Part shown: piece after piece, positions 1-13,850 of the stretch
How the letters are laid out: the number at the start of each line of letters is the position of its first letter
How positions within the stretch are numbered: position 1 is the stretch's first letter
Assembly (NCBI GenBank): GCA_951406725.2
Contig: OX597825.1
Coordinates: 74,648,001-74,712,000, forward strand
Reading direction: 5' to 3'
DNA length: 64,000 bases
DNA from: Octopus vulgaris
Lineage: Eukaryota
Notes under the pieces: model-generated
Databases searched by the model: none
What the model was told of the DNA's origin: nothing
The model's input: only the letters and a program-made list of their open reading frames with translations
Program-made: the position numbers and the translations under genes

Positions 1-13
1 TAAATGCATTTAC

Positions 14-195
14 TCGTGGGTGGGACACCGGACACCAGTTCATTGCTGGATTATTCATATTTGTTACCTGATTGGACTATAAAACAAGGAAATTTTTTTT
101 TTCAAGAACAAAATGAATCATCCGGTCCATGGATGAAAACCACGATCCTATAATCAAGAGTGCATCGCCCTAACAACAAAGCCACGTGCCTCCAC
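14..195 (-). mobile_element. Degenerate tRNA-derived SINE (type C-like), partial
   Basis: Minus strand begins GTGGAGGCACGTGGC with a decayed A/B-box head; GGGACACC..CCAGTTCAT resembles the tail of the copy at 32625-32934. Confidence 0.5.
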
Positions 196-531
196 GAACT
201 GCGTGTATTATTCACATTTACGCACACAGACACACTCACATTCATACTCATATATCTATTTATTTTTTATTGATTTATCGATGAATTTCGACATGCGTAT
301 CGATGATATATCGATGAATTCCGACATGCGTATAAAAGAATTCTTGTTATCTCATGAATGAAATGCAACTAGTCGATGATGATGCATCTTTATTTTCCAT
401 CTTGGTACTTTGGCATATATACAAAAATATATAAACGCACACACACACACATACACACACACACACATATATATATATATGTATATATAAGTACATATAT
501 ACACATATATGTGTATGTGTGTGTGCATATG

Positions 532-572
<41 letters not shown>

Positions 573-576
<4 letters not shown>

Positions 577-797
577 TCTTTACTCTTTACTCTTTTACTT
601 GTTTCAGTCATTTGACTGCGGCCATGCTGGAGCACCGCCTTTTAGTCGAGCAAATCGACCCCGGGACTTATTCTTTGTAAGCCCAGTACTTATTCTATCG
701 GTATCTTTTGCCGAACCGCTAAGTGACGGGGACGTAAACACACCAGCATCGGTTGTCAAGCAATGCTAGGGGGACAAACACAGACACAAAAACACAT

Positions 798-836
<39 letters not shown>

Positions 837-982
837 TACAACAGGCTACCAAATCCACTCACAAGGCATTGGTCGGCCCGGTGCTATAGCAGAAGGCACT
901 TGCCCAAGATCCCACGCAGTGGGACTGAACCTGGAACCATGTGGTTGGTTAGCAAGCTACTTACCACACAGCCACTCTTGCG

Positions 983-984
<2 letters not shown>
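573..984 (-). mobile_element. SINE type A (tRNA-like head, internal microsatellite, AGTAAAAG-repeat tail)
   Basis: High similarity to copies at 3143, 11012 and 47388; family head GGAGTGGCTGTGTGGTAAG..GGTTCAGTCCC and tail GGCGGTGCTCCAGCATGGCCGCAGTCAAATGACTGAAAC. Confidence 0.9.
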
Positions 985-1021
<37 letters not shown>

Positions 1022-1093
1022 ATATTTTATGTTTATTGTCATGTATATATGTATGTGTATGTGTATATATATTTATAAATATATATATATGCA

Positions 1094-1155
<62 letters not shown>

Positions 1156-1183
1156 TATATGTGTTATATGTATGTATGCATGT

Positions 1184-1570
1184 TTCAAGAAGCACTCCGT
1201 CGGTTACGACGACGAGGGTTCCGGTTGATCCGATCAACAGAACAGCCTGCTCGTGAAATTAACGTGTAAGTGGCTGAGCACTCCACAGACACGTGTACCC
1301 TTAACGTAGTTCTCGGGGATATTCAGCGTGACACAGAGAGTGACAAGGCCGGCCCTTTGAAATACAGGTACAACAGAAACAGGAAGTAAGAGCGAGAGAA
1401 AGTTGTGGTGAAAGAGTACAGCAGGGATCACCACCATCCCTGCCGGAGTCTCGTGGAGCTTTTAGGTGTTTTCGCTCAATAAACACTCACAACGCCCGGT
1501 CTGGGAATCGAAACCGCGATCCTACGACCGCGAGTCCGCTGCCCTAACCACTGGGCCATTGCGCCTCCAC
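1184..1570 (-). mobile_element. SINE type B head with tail 1
   Basis: Minus-strand head GTGGAGGCGCAATGGCCCAGTGGTTAGGGC..GGTTTCGATTCCC (A and B boxes); possible TSD GTATGCATGT at 1174-1183 and 1572-1581. Confidence 0.9.
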
Positions 1571-2929
1571 CGTATGCATGTATGTATGTAAACACATACA
1601 CAAACCTAAAAATGCATATTTGTATAAATGTGTGGCTATATAAATGCGTGTATATATAAGTGTGTGTATATATGTTCGTTTATATATGTTAATGTTATGT
1701 GTGTGTGTGCGTGTGTGTGCGTGTGTGTGTGTGTTTGTGTAGATATACACAAAACCACTGATTTTACTTATTAGGTATTAAATAATCTTGTAACATTGTT
1801 CCTTATATATTCACTGCAATCATGCTGTTTTCTCGATTACCGCTACTTTAGATCAAATAAAATATTTAATGGCATTCAACCATGAAAATTTCATAATGAC
1901 AAGGAATACATCATATCTGACATCTTCTAGTAAATAAATAAGTAAATGAATAGACAAATAGATGAATAAAATATAGGAAAGCAATAAGAACTATGCACTA
2001 ATCAATATGGTATCCATTTTAGAAGATTTGTTACTCGGAATATATTCGTCTCGTGGTTAAAAATACAAGCAAAAATTATGTTAGGGCGTTTTTCATGTTT
2101 GAAAACAGAATGAAAATTAATATAGAATATGGAGTATGATGGATATTACAAAATTCTATTTATGGAGAATGCTTTTAGCTTGAATTTTTAACCACCATTT
2201 AATGAAAACAAAATTTTAATAAACAAATGAACTAAAGATTGTGGTAGTTGTAAAAGGAAAATAATAGAAAACAACCTATAAAATGCTAAGAAATCTTCCA
2301 AATTTAGTGGTTTCGTTTGGTAATGCTTAAGACATCAATAGCAACAACGGAAATTGTAGTTAAAATAATTCCATGATTCAACTCAAGTTAATTATACTAA
2401 TACGTGAGGCATATCCTTGTAATTCCTTTTCTCCGGTTTACGGCTGCATAAACATTTCACAGCTCACATTTCACTAACAGCTCACATTTCATCGAATAAA
2501 ATCAGTGAAAGAAGGCAATCTGTTGAGAGAGCTTAGAAGTAATTTCATAAATTTCGGAAAATTTCTTTTAAATTTTGTTTTATTATTATCTAAAGGACAT
2601 GCTGACTTTCACATTTAGCATTTCAAATAAATCACATTCTGCTTGTAAATTAACAATTGACGATGCCAAACACCCGCTCTGTTTTTATGATTTAGTATTA
2701 TTTCACGCAGTAATTCCGAAGTCTTTCGTCTTTTGTAATCCAAAGTGTTTCTTTCCTTTTAAGCGAGGTTTACTCTCTCACTTAAAAACAAAACACAACG
2801 CGCTTTCTTTTTCTTACATCAGCATAAAATTAGAATGAGTGCATATAAACTGAAAATATTTCTCCCACGTATTCATGTCCGACCGAATTATCTCCCTTAA
2901 GGCCACTATCCAATTTGCATTCTGTATCT

Positions 2930-3142
2930 TACGAGGACTGCTAAAAAAATTAAAGTGTATCATTGAGAATTAAAACAAAACAGGAATAATCTTGCCATAC
3001 ATATTGAGATTGACTATGTATAGTATGCAGTAATTGTCAGAGCATAACATCTATAGATAACATTTAATTCTCACTGGCATAGTTGTCTTAACAGTAAACT
3101 ATCTTAGAAGTGTAACGCAACATTGGAAACCAGTAGAAATAC
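2930..3142 (+). mobile_element. Possible decayed 5' end of a mariner-like element, cut by SINE A
   Basis: Starts TACGAGGACTGCTAAAAA, resembling TACGAGG-type mariner TIRs; no matching right end. Confidence 0.25.
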
Positions 3143-3301
3143 AGGAGTGGCTGTGTGGTAAGTAGCTTGCTTACCGACCATATGGTTCTGCGTTCAGTCC
3201 CGCTGCGTGACACCTTGGGCAAGTGTCTTCTACTATAGCCTTGGGCCGACCGAATCCTTGTGAGTGGATTTGGTAGACGGAAACTGAAAAGAAGCCTGTC
3301 G

Positions 3302-3371
<70 letters not shown>

Positions 3372-3586
3372 TGTGTATGTGTGTGTGTGTGTCTGTGTTT
3401 GTCCCCCAATATCGCTTGACACTCGATGTTGGTGTGTTAACGTCCCCGTAACTAGCGGTTCGGCAAAAGAGACCGATGGAATAAGTACTAGGCTTACAAA
3501 GAATAAGTCCTGGGGTAGATTTGCTCGGCTAAAGGCTCCAGCATGGCCGCAGTCAAATGACTGAAACAAGTAAAAGAGTAAAGAGT
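3143..3586 (+). mobile_element. SINE type A, full length
   Basis: Head, internal (TA)n/(TG)n and tail match the other A copies. Confidence 0.9.
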
Positions 3587-3665
3587 ATATGTGTACAGTT
3601 TTGAAGATGTCCTTCCATGATTTACTAAGGGAACATGATTCCAGTATCATTATTATTTTTTGTAG

Positions 3666-3795
3666 TCCACCGAGGCTGACTTTGCCTTTCATCCTTTCGT
3701 GGTCGATAAATTAAGTACCAGTTACGTACTGGGGTCGATCTAATCGACTGGCCGCCTCCCCAAGAATTTCGGTCCAGTGCCTAGAGTAGAAAAGA
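3666..3795 (+). mobile_element. SINE type D, 5'-truncated
   Basis: GACTTTGCCTTTCATCCTTTCGTGGTCGATAAATTAAGTACC core; flanked by an ATTATTATTTTT..GT duplication. Confidence 0.85.
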
Positions 3796-4872
3796 TTATT
3801 ATTTTTGTCGCAAAAACATAATGTTCTAGGCATAGAGAAATGATTTTACAGACAGAACTACTAGGAAACCACGAAGCTTCATGTTTTTTCAGTTCATCTT
3901 GTTAAAACTGGTGAAATAAGACCAAGATTTTTTTTTCTTTCTGCGAGAATTTTGGCTTTTGAAATTAGTATGTATCTGCAGGCTGTTGATAAAGGAATGC
4001 TAGCTGTTGTAGACCGTAGTGATATTAGCTATATGTCATCAACTAATGTAGGTAATGAATAAAACCTCGTTGACAATATCTATAAATTTCCCGTCAGTGC
4101 GTTCTGCTTCCCTGTGAAGTTCCCATACATCACTATATTTTATTTACAAGCGAACGAGACAACCGCAATGTGGTCAATCGACTCACAAAATAAAAACCAA
4201 CCAAACTTCGTTCAAACTGTATATTACGGGATTTAATAAAGGATTATTTGACTATGTATTTCCTCACAAGTGTGAGGGTATTCACCTTGGAACATCATTG
4301 GTCATAGGTCTACTCGATCATAGACAACATGGCACCAAGTACACTTCTCGAAAATAACAACTGCACTTGTCAGACAGCATTTCAGACCTACTGCGTGTGG
4401 ATATGATGGACATTGTTTAAAATCCTAAATCTGATCACTCAGTCAATTAATCAATCATCAATCAAATTGTGTGACCTCTTCAGAAGAAATTTAGCCCGTT
4501 GAAGAAAGCAGAGCTGTAATTGATTAAATCTTGTTTCTAATCATTATCAAAATGTAATTTCTATGCCAATATAATGCTATGAGATTCTTTGTTGTTAAGA
4601 AGAAAAACAATTTGTAGAATCTTACCGGGTAATATTCGTTACAAATTGCACAAACTCAAGATATATTAGGATTCAGGAGAGACCTTAGTTGATTATGTCT
4701 AGAAATTCAGGATATTAGTAGTGAAGAAATCAAACCCGACAGAACTTCATAGCCAGTAGGATCGGCAACGGGAGCTTTCTCGATCAAATCAAACTTGAGT
4801 GAGAAAAAGGATATATTATATCTAGCGGAAAAACTCATTTCATAACAATTTGATACGCTGCACATTTTCATA

Positions 4873-4925
<53 letters not shown>

Positions 4926-5790
4926 TTTGGTGTTTGATATACGTTTCTCAGGATCAAAGAGTTCACAAGGGAAATCAACGTTAAAGTCTAAGAAAATCGC
5001 GCATGTCTACTGATTTATATAATAATGATGATATTGGGTTGCTTAATAATAAAGCTATATATATTTAGCTTACAGACCAGAGAGAGACTAAGTTCAATTC
5101 TTTGTCTTTTCATCAACAGAGGCAACCATTAATAGTTAATCAGCCATATTAAATACAAGAGATGAGGAAATAACGGTCGTGGTTTTCATGGTTGCAGAGA
5201 AAGCATTATAAATGGAATAAAGTTCCTTCAATTGAGAGTCGAAACTGAGTTAAAAGAAAATTTTACATATGATCCAGACAATGTATAACATTTTTTTTTT
5301 TGTTATATATAAAATGTCATTAAAGTATTTTATCACAAAGAGGGCAGAACTGCAAGCATGTATCTTACTATTTTCACTTCTTTCCTCTTTATTAATTTCA
5401 GTCACTGAACTGTGACTATATTAGAGACGACTTCAACGGTTTTCTGTTTTTGGTTTGTTTTATGGGACCGAAGTGTCAAGTAGATTACATAAGATCCGTG
5501 ACCTAGTTGTTACATAACCTGGCTCCCGATCATGAGGTCATGGATTCGATTCCGGATCCGGGAAGCACATAATTTGCTTAATCAAGATACTTTTCTTCAC
5601 ATATCTCTTGTCCACTCAACCAGAAAAAAGATAAGTTCTAAGACAGACAAAGCGCAAGTCGGAGTCAAGTAAGCGCAGCAGCGTTAACGAGTCAGTGGTC
5701 CATTTCAAATCTCAGATATATAAATATGTGTGTGTATGTAAGTCTGTGTGTTTTCATGTGTGTATACTCACATATGTGTGTATGCATATG

Positions 5791-6260
<470 letters not shown>

Positions 6261-6984
6261 TCATACATATATATATACACATACATATATATACACATAC
6301 ATACATATATATATAGTATATACATAGAATATTTGTCTTATTTTTATTTCCATTCTGTAATATATTGCAGAGCAGATTCCTTTTCTCCCTCTCCCTCCCT
6401 TTCTCTCTCTTACACGCTGTCTTTCATCTTACTCGCGCACACAACACCCACGCGCAACACGCGCGCAGACACACACTCACATATTTTGCTGTATATGCTA
6501 ACGTATTTGCATGTGTAGACCTATATAATGCATTTTTACATTCGATATTTTTTTTCATATATTTCATCATTAAATAATTCATGGTTAATTTAGATAATAA
6601 AATACGTCTGTGTGATTTATGATTCTAAATTGGCAATATAAAACCCAATGAATACCCATTTTTTTCTCCCGTTTATCTTAAAGTGCAAGATGTTGATTTT
6701 TTGCCTTTTACGGCAACATGAAACAAAAAGAATTTTCTTTAGTTATTTAAAAGCTATTATTATATTAGATACACGTCATATATTTTTAAGTAATTAATAT
6801 GAGAGTCTATCTTCGAATGATCTTTAGTTGCTTAGTTACCCATTCTTGTATATTAGCTAAAACGAACATAAAGTGGATCGAGAGGGTTTATGATAAATTT
6901 AGACGTTGTCTTTTTTTTCACCTTATTGCTTTTCTTATTAGTATCAGTTCAAGTCTGCTTCGAGCTTACAGGATAATGTGGTCG

Positions 6985-7692
6985 AAACTCATCCGGGTTT
7001 TCAAGGCGTTTACGCTAAAATCATTTCCTGAACGGGACGCCAGTCCATTGCATGTTTAACCCCAAGATATCTCTGTTACTCCTTTTCAGCTTAGCGTACT
7101 GGAGCAACGTGAAACGAAGTCTTTTGTTTAAGGAAACAACGTGTCGCCATACTGGAGCAACGTGAAACGAAGTCTTTTGTTTAATGAAACAACGTGTCGC
7201 CATACTGGAGCAACGTGAAACGAAGTCTTTTGTTTAATGAAACAACGTGTCGCCATACTGGAGCAACGTGAAACGAAGTCTTTTGTTTAAGGAAACAACG
7301 TGTCGCCATACTGGGGCAACGTGAAACGAAGTCTTTTGTTTAAGGAAACAACGTGTCGCCATACTGGAGCAACGTGAAACGAAGTCTTTTGTTTAAGGAA
7401 ACAACGTGTCGCCATACTGGAGCAACGTGAAACGAAGTCTTTTGTTTAAGGGAACAACATGTCGCCATACTGGGGCAACGTGAAACGAAGTCTTTTGTTT
7501 AAGGAAACAACGTGTCGCCATACTGGGGCAACGTGAAACGAAGTCTTTTGTTTAAGGAAACAACGTGTCGCCATACTGGGGCAACGTGAAACGAAGTCTT
7601 TTGTTTAAGAAAACAACGCGTCGCCCGGTTCGAAAATCGAACCCACGACTTAACGATCATGTTCAGCACCCGTTAACAACTAGGCTACGCGC
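6985..7692 (-). mobile_element. SINE type C whose central domain is amplified into a minisatellite
   Basis: tRNA-like head at 7626-7692; GGGACGCCAGTCCAT tail at about 7033; the repeat unit matches the ACTGGAGCAACGTGAAA domain of other C copies. Confidence 0.8.
7098..7625. repeat. 53-bp minisatellite, 10 copies
   Basis: Unit ACTGGAGCAACGTGAAACGAAGTCTTTTGTTTAAGGAAACAACGTGTCGCCAT starts at 7098, 7151, 7204 ... 7575; no spacers. Confidence 0.97.
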
Positions 7693-8126
7693 TCTAAGAG
7701 CGTCACTTTATTTTTTAAATTCACTGACTAGCTAAGGAGTAGGGATGTGCGTGTTCACTGCACCTTCTAAATAGTCAGCTAAATTTCCCCCAAGTAACAC
7801 CACCCTTTTAGAAAATGAAGAACACATTGGATTTTATATAATTAGAAAATCCTTTCCATTTCTCCCTCAGACTTCGCGCATGGTTGAAAGAAAAGTACAG
7901 ACAAATGGACACAGCTGGAATGTCTGTGATTACATATTTCCTCATAGAAAGATGTCCAGTAAATAGATGGCCTCAAATTCACTGCTACTTTAAGCCTCAC
8001 TTCAATATATATATCACCCATTTCATATCGATTATATTTTTGTATCATTGGAATATATTTGAAATAATAGAATTTCTTTAGAGGAATATTCCTTTCTCGT
8101 TTAATAATCTTACACACACACACACA

Positions 8127-8192
<66 letters not shown>

Positions 8193-9662
8193 CATATACA
8201 CACAGAAACGTATGTGCGCATGTGTGTGAGCGTGTGTGTGTACGCGGGCGCGCGGGCGTGTGTGTGTATCTAATTGTGCTTGCATCTGACGCTCAATGAC
8301 GAACGGTTGTGTGAGTAAGAGCTTTTCTTCGCAACTACATATATTGAGGTTCGATCCCAACGGGCAGTATCTTGGGCTGGTGCCTGCTGCTATAGCCATA
8401 ACGTTGTCTGAACGCTTTCTGTAGTGCCAGAACATCACGAGTTATCTGTTTTGTCTCGTATTGTAATTATTGCACTACTTACTATAGTATATGAGCCAGC
8501 GACATTTTCGTCCCTAGAGTGATCTTTCTATCCGACAGTCTCCAACACAATACTTTGCAAATTACGAAATAAAGCTGCACTTTTAATGGTTATCGATACT
8601 TCTGTCAAGTGACGATAAGCAGATAAAAAAAAATAATGAGTTGATGCGAAATGACAGAAGTCAAGTCCCAAGACAGAACGACTTATTAATTGCAGAGTTT
8701 ATTATACTACCAGTCTAATATCAATATTCAGCGATCTTTCGACGATCTTTGATTTTTTTGTCTTTCAATTAATTCCTCGACTTACTAGTGCTTACTATGA
8801 GACAAACAAGAAAATGAAGACTAATGCAGCTTGATAGCTAACTCCTACATTAAATCAACATTCCAGTTAAGTGTTTGTTATTACCTCTTTCCTTGACAGA
8901 TACGATAGATTAATAATAATGCGTTGGGAGAAAACTGCATCAATTAAATTGATAAATTCATGTCTTCCTTCAAATTATCTGTCCAAACAAATATGATTTC
9001 TTTTACTGACACGAGTTTATTCACTTAGAGAAGTTGCTAATGGGGGAGATTAAGGAAGGCGTTTAATCGATTGAATTGACCGATCCATAACATCGTTTGC
9101 ATGCATTTGGTTAACCCTAGAGAGTTGACGACAGACAGAGAATAGAAACATGAATAAGTCGTTAATGGAGAAGGTAAAAGGAGGGAAAGACCAAATACAG
9201 TTGTTTTACAATCTATGTCAATTCACTAGCAATATTTTTTTAATGAAAGTGTGATATTTAAGCTTCATAATTATGCTTGATATTATAGATTGATATTCTA
9301 ACTTCATAAACTATGGACGCTGAATCCATCGTTCACAGCTGTTCTTATATTTAAACAACAAATAATAAATTTTCTGATGTATGCGAAGCTTTGCCAATAG
9401 TCACAGTGGTGCGATTTTCATACACGTTGTCTTCGAGAGAATTTCTCTTCCAGGGCACTTTTCGCAGAGAAGGTCTTTATACGTTTAAGTGAACACGAAA
9501 ATCTTAAATATGCACATATTTTAAACATTACTTCTTAGTGGGCCTCGGATTAATAAATTCCAACTTAAGAGAGCTTTTTCACGCATCACTAAATCTGTTA
9601 TTTAGTTCTGAAATTTAAGAATATCAGTTCTTATCAGGCTATGAACGACGGATTCAGTGTCT

Positions 9663-9703
9663 GCAGCTGATGAAGTGTAACGAAACAGAAACAAGTGTCC
9701 TAC
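9663..9703 (+). ncRNA. Degenerate minimal hammerhead ribozyme-like motif
   Basis: gcag-CTGATGA-AG-TGT..ACA-GAAA-CAAGTG-TC-ctac; stem I has one mismatch. Confidence 0.35.
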
Positions 9704-10311
9704 TGTCCGATGACACCATTCATCGCCCAGCTGAATATTTTCCCACAAATAATTTGTAACGAAATTTCTCTCTCAAGACAGTTTCCACAACAAACGTCAT
9801 TCCGTATTTGAATGAACACTAATATATTAAATATAATCGTGCACACCTATACTTTAAATATCATTAGTATACCTGTATTTTTAAACATCGACACAAACCT
9901 CGATACAAATTTTGTTCTCAATCGAGAATGAAAATGATATTGCGACATATGCTTAAAGAAAGTATGCATTTTTATAATGAAAATTATATAATTATATAAT
10001 GAATTATGTAATTAATGAATTATATGATTATTTAATTATATAATGAAAATTATATGATTATACATAATGTTGATAAAGAAGTACAGTATTACATTGGTTC
10101 TGTTATTCATTTGAATATTTTAAATTTATCTTCAATTTTATCCCTTTCGGGGCAATGAATGGCTCAAGTGTCTATAAGCTCGCTCTACATATTAGAAATA
10201 GCAAAGAAATCGCCTTCAAAGACATTCTGTCTTATCAAATGGACAGGTATTAGATATTTTCGTCTATTGGGTGTTGCAGCACGCCCAATACGACAAACAC
10301 CATGTAACATT

Positions 10312-10712
10312 GCTAAATAACAGTAACATTCGTTCTAACCAGGACTGCCACATTATGTTGGCAAATAATCTTTACTCTTTACTCTATTACTGAATGTTTC
10401 TCGTTGAGAGATTTAGAAATAATTTTTCTATTTATTAGATCAGTGTCTGTGTGTCACTTTAAAAATTGTAAATTTCGAATTAGAGTTTAGCAGTGCCATC
10501 TCTAGCCAAGCTAGCTGACGAAGGGAAATAACCCAGAAACCGCGGTACGCAGATACTGCTTTGTGCTGAGAGGGGACGTTAAACTCCTTTATTCGAAAAT
10601 AAGGATACGGATAGTGGGTCGTACAGTCAGCTGAAGACGATGTTTCCTGGGGCTAAATAACAGTAACATTCATCCTAACCAGGACTGCTACATTATGTTG
10701 ACAAATAATCTT

Positions 10713-10718
<6 letters not shown>
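10312..10718 (+). repeat. 67-bp direct repeats (10312-10378, 10652-10718) enclosing a hammerhead-like motif
   Basis: Four mismatches, exact 340-bp offset; CTGACGA-AGGG-aaataa-CCCA-GAAA-CCGCGG-TA at 10515-10547. Confidence 0.8.
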
Positions 10719-10756
<38 letters not shown>

Positions 10757-11011
10757 GTGTGTGTGTGTGCGTGTGAAAATTTATATCAACACAAAATTTT
10801 CAAGGTAATCTAAAATGGTGAAATTCTAACTGAATATCTAAAAACACGCTAACAAAAAGAAACATCAAACCAAATTTAACTTTAGACTTTCATTCAATCA
10901 AGAGCAACGTCATTGAATAACTGATTTGGTTTATGAAAATAAAATATTAAAAAATACCATACTAACTCGCTATTTTCTGACAATTTGAAATCTACATAAA
11001 GAAAAACCTAC

Positions 11012-11171
11012 AGGAGTGGCTGTGTGGTAAGTAGCTTGCTAACCAACTACATGGTTCCGGGTTCAGTCCCACTGCGCGGCATCTTGGGCAAGTGTCTTCT
11101 GCTATAGCCCCGGGCCGACCAATGCCTTGTGAGTGGATTTGGTAGACGGAAACTGAAAGAAGCCTGTCGTA

Positions 11172-11214
<43 letters not shown>

Positions 11215-11426
11215 TTGTGTGTCTGTGTTTGTCCCCCTAGCATTGCTTGACAGCCAATGCTGGTGTTTACGTCCCCGTCACTTAGCGGTTCGGCAAAATA
11301 GACCGATAGAATGAGTACTGGGCTTACAAAGAATAAGCCCCGGGGTCGATTTGCTCGACTAAAGGCGGTGATCCAGCATGGCCGAAGTCAAATGACTGAA
11401 ACAAGTAAAAAGAGTAAAAAGAGAGT
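11012..11426 (+). mobile_element. SINE type A, full length
   Basis: Near-identical to the reverse complement of 573-984. Confidence 0.92.
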
Positions 11427-11619
11427 AGTAAACAAGTATATTTATCTTCAAAAATTGATGTCAATGCATATTTAAAGAACAAAAACTTCAGACAAGAACT
11501 CTACGTTATGCTTCAAAGATAACCAAAGAATAAAAACTACAGATAATAATTCAACGTAATGCTTAATAGAAACTTACACACTTTACGTCACAATGATTGA
11601 TTACCCATTTATTTATTTA

Positions 11620-12180
11620 TTTATTTAATATAATAAACTCTTCTATAGGAATTAGTCTTATTTCATGATAACTGAAGCATTATTATATTCAACAGCATAT
11701 ACAACCACCGTGGGTCTTACTGGTTAATTAAAAAATAAAAATTACAGAAAAGACAACGAAATATCTATTTATTCAATATGATAAACTCTTATATAGGAAT
11801 TAACCTTATTATGTAATAAATGAAAAATATTATAATAAATAATAATATATATAAAATTATTGATGACTATGCTACATAACAAAAGAATAAAAATAACGCG
11901 TAAATACCTATTTATTTTATATTAGACCCTATTAAATGAATTAAGATTATTATATAATAATTGAAAAATTACTATAATTAATAATATATACAAGTCTTGA
12001 TGATCTCAGTGGATAATTAAAAGAATAAGAATTATAGATAAGAATTCTACATTATTCTTAATTAAAGCTTAGATACTTTACATCGCTATAACTAATTACT
12101 TACTCATTATATTAAGCACCTTAATAATAATAAACCTTATTATATAATGATTATTTAAAAGGCTACTATAATTAATAATT
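11620..12180. repeat. Degenerate AT-rich tandem repeat of about 145 bp, 3-4 copies
   Basis: TTTATTYAATATRATAAACTCTTMTATAGGAATTA at about 11622 and 11768; weaker copies at about 11911 and 12105. Confidence 0.55.
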
Positions 12181-12740
12181 GAAATATTTTAATGTCTTTC
12201 TAAATTTATGGCAACATTTTAATGTTAAGTGCCATTTAAAATTCAATAGAACTAATTTAGAAGTAATTATAAAATATATTTCTTCGAGGCAAAGATCACA
12301 AGTAGAATTATCAATGTTAAACAATTGTGCATAACTAAAAATGGACCACTTTAAATCATGTTTAACATTCTGATCCTTTAAATTCCAAATGCATTTAGTA
12401 AGATTAGTAGAATTACTTCTTCTATATTTAAAGGAATTAGGATGATTATAAAATCTAGGTTTCCACAAGTAGAAGAAGAACCAATATACCAATAATTACG
12501 ATGTCTAGTTATTACTTCACATTGATATACTATATTCTTCTTTAAAAACTGATTTTCTAAAGGGCATCGGTTTTGTCTACACAATTACACATTGATTTAT
12601 TCCCTTCTAAACTGCATTCATAGTTATAGGAATTTCTATTAGCGTATGTCTGTAAAATAAGTGTTAAGGTTGAATTATAATTATCATTATTATTAGAATT
12701 AATATTAATACAATACAAAAGACTAACTATAAAAAAGAGC
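12172..12740 (-). pseudogene. Penelope-like element GIY-YIG endonuclease remnant (Naiad-type pattern, inferred)
   Basis: Frameshifted CNCVDK/CPLENQ..IVYQCEV..YIGSS/KPRFYNH..SF..TNLTKCIWNLK..KWSI..CDLCLEE..LLN..KCCH, the PLE endonuclease motif order. Confidence 0.85.
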
Positions 12741-13175
12741 TTTGTTAAGTTACGTCGGAGCAGTGCGAGAAGGTAAAAAGCAAAAAGGAAAAGAAAACAA
12801 AACAAGCTTGCAGTTTTACTTCGTATTTCTATATTTAGGGGTTATGACCTCTTCTTCAGGACATCTGGAAAAAATCGATCGTTGGAAAAATCATTGCTCT
12901 TGATAAACCCCTGCCGCAAATGTTTAACGCGACTTCATTTTGTCCCTTATGCAACGCTCACAAACCAGATGTGACATTTTTTCATCTTCATTAATAGAGT
13001 ATGGGTTATATTTTCCATATCTACCATCTCTGGAGAGCACGTGTATTTAGATAACCATTCTCTAATCTAATATCCTATTACCTAATACCAAGCACGAATC
13101 AGATTGGTAAGATCGCCTGAAATGGATCTGTATCAAGGTATACTTTAATCGATATACACAGATATGTGTATATAA

Positions 13176-13249
<74 letters not shown>

Positions 13250-13565
13250 TATATATGTAGATATGTATACATATATATATATGTATGTATAGAATCGTCT
13301 GGAGATACAAAAATATTCCCAAGTTACGAAAGTACAAAATCTAGAATCATGAGATAATGATATAATCTACTAATTGATAAAACAATGTTTACTGAGACAT
13401 AATAAATTAGGTGTAGGTGACAAAAGACAATTAAGATTTTAATTATGTATCAAGTTTTTATGACACCTAGAGTAGATACTCTGCAATACCTGTTTATCGT
13501 TAATGGGCCGCTTGTGGTTTGAGGCAACTATATTTAGCCGGAATCGAAGTTAATGGATGTTTGTG

Positions 13566-13569
<4 letters not shown>

Positions 13570-13625
<56 letters not shown>

Positions 13626-13753
13626 TGTATGTATGTATGTATATGTATTTGTATCTGTATATATATATACAGATACAAATACATATACATACATACATAC
13701 ATACATACATACATACATACATACATACATGCATACATACATACATACATACA

Positions 13754-13790
<37 letters not shown>
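13570..13790. repeat. Palindromic (TATG)n/(CATA)n array with a non-repetitive self-complementary core
   Basis: TATTTGTATCTGTATATA|TATATACAGATACAAATA centred at 13663/13664. Confidence 0.9.

Positions 13791-13850
<60 letters not shown>

Noticed and set aside
1495-1570. tRNA gene (also 17371-17430, 32860-32934, 38265-38330)
   Set aside because: A and B boxes are present but the acceptor stems do not close, and each runs into a repeat body; these are SINE-type heads
7098-7625. CRISPR-like regular array
   Set aside because: Units are head-to-tail with no variable spacers, derive from a SINE domain, and no cas genes are present
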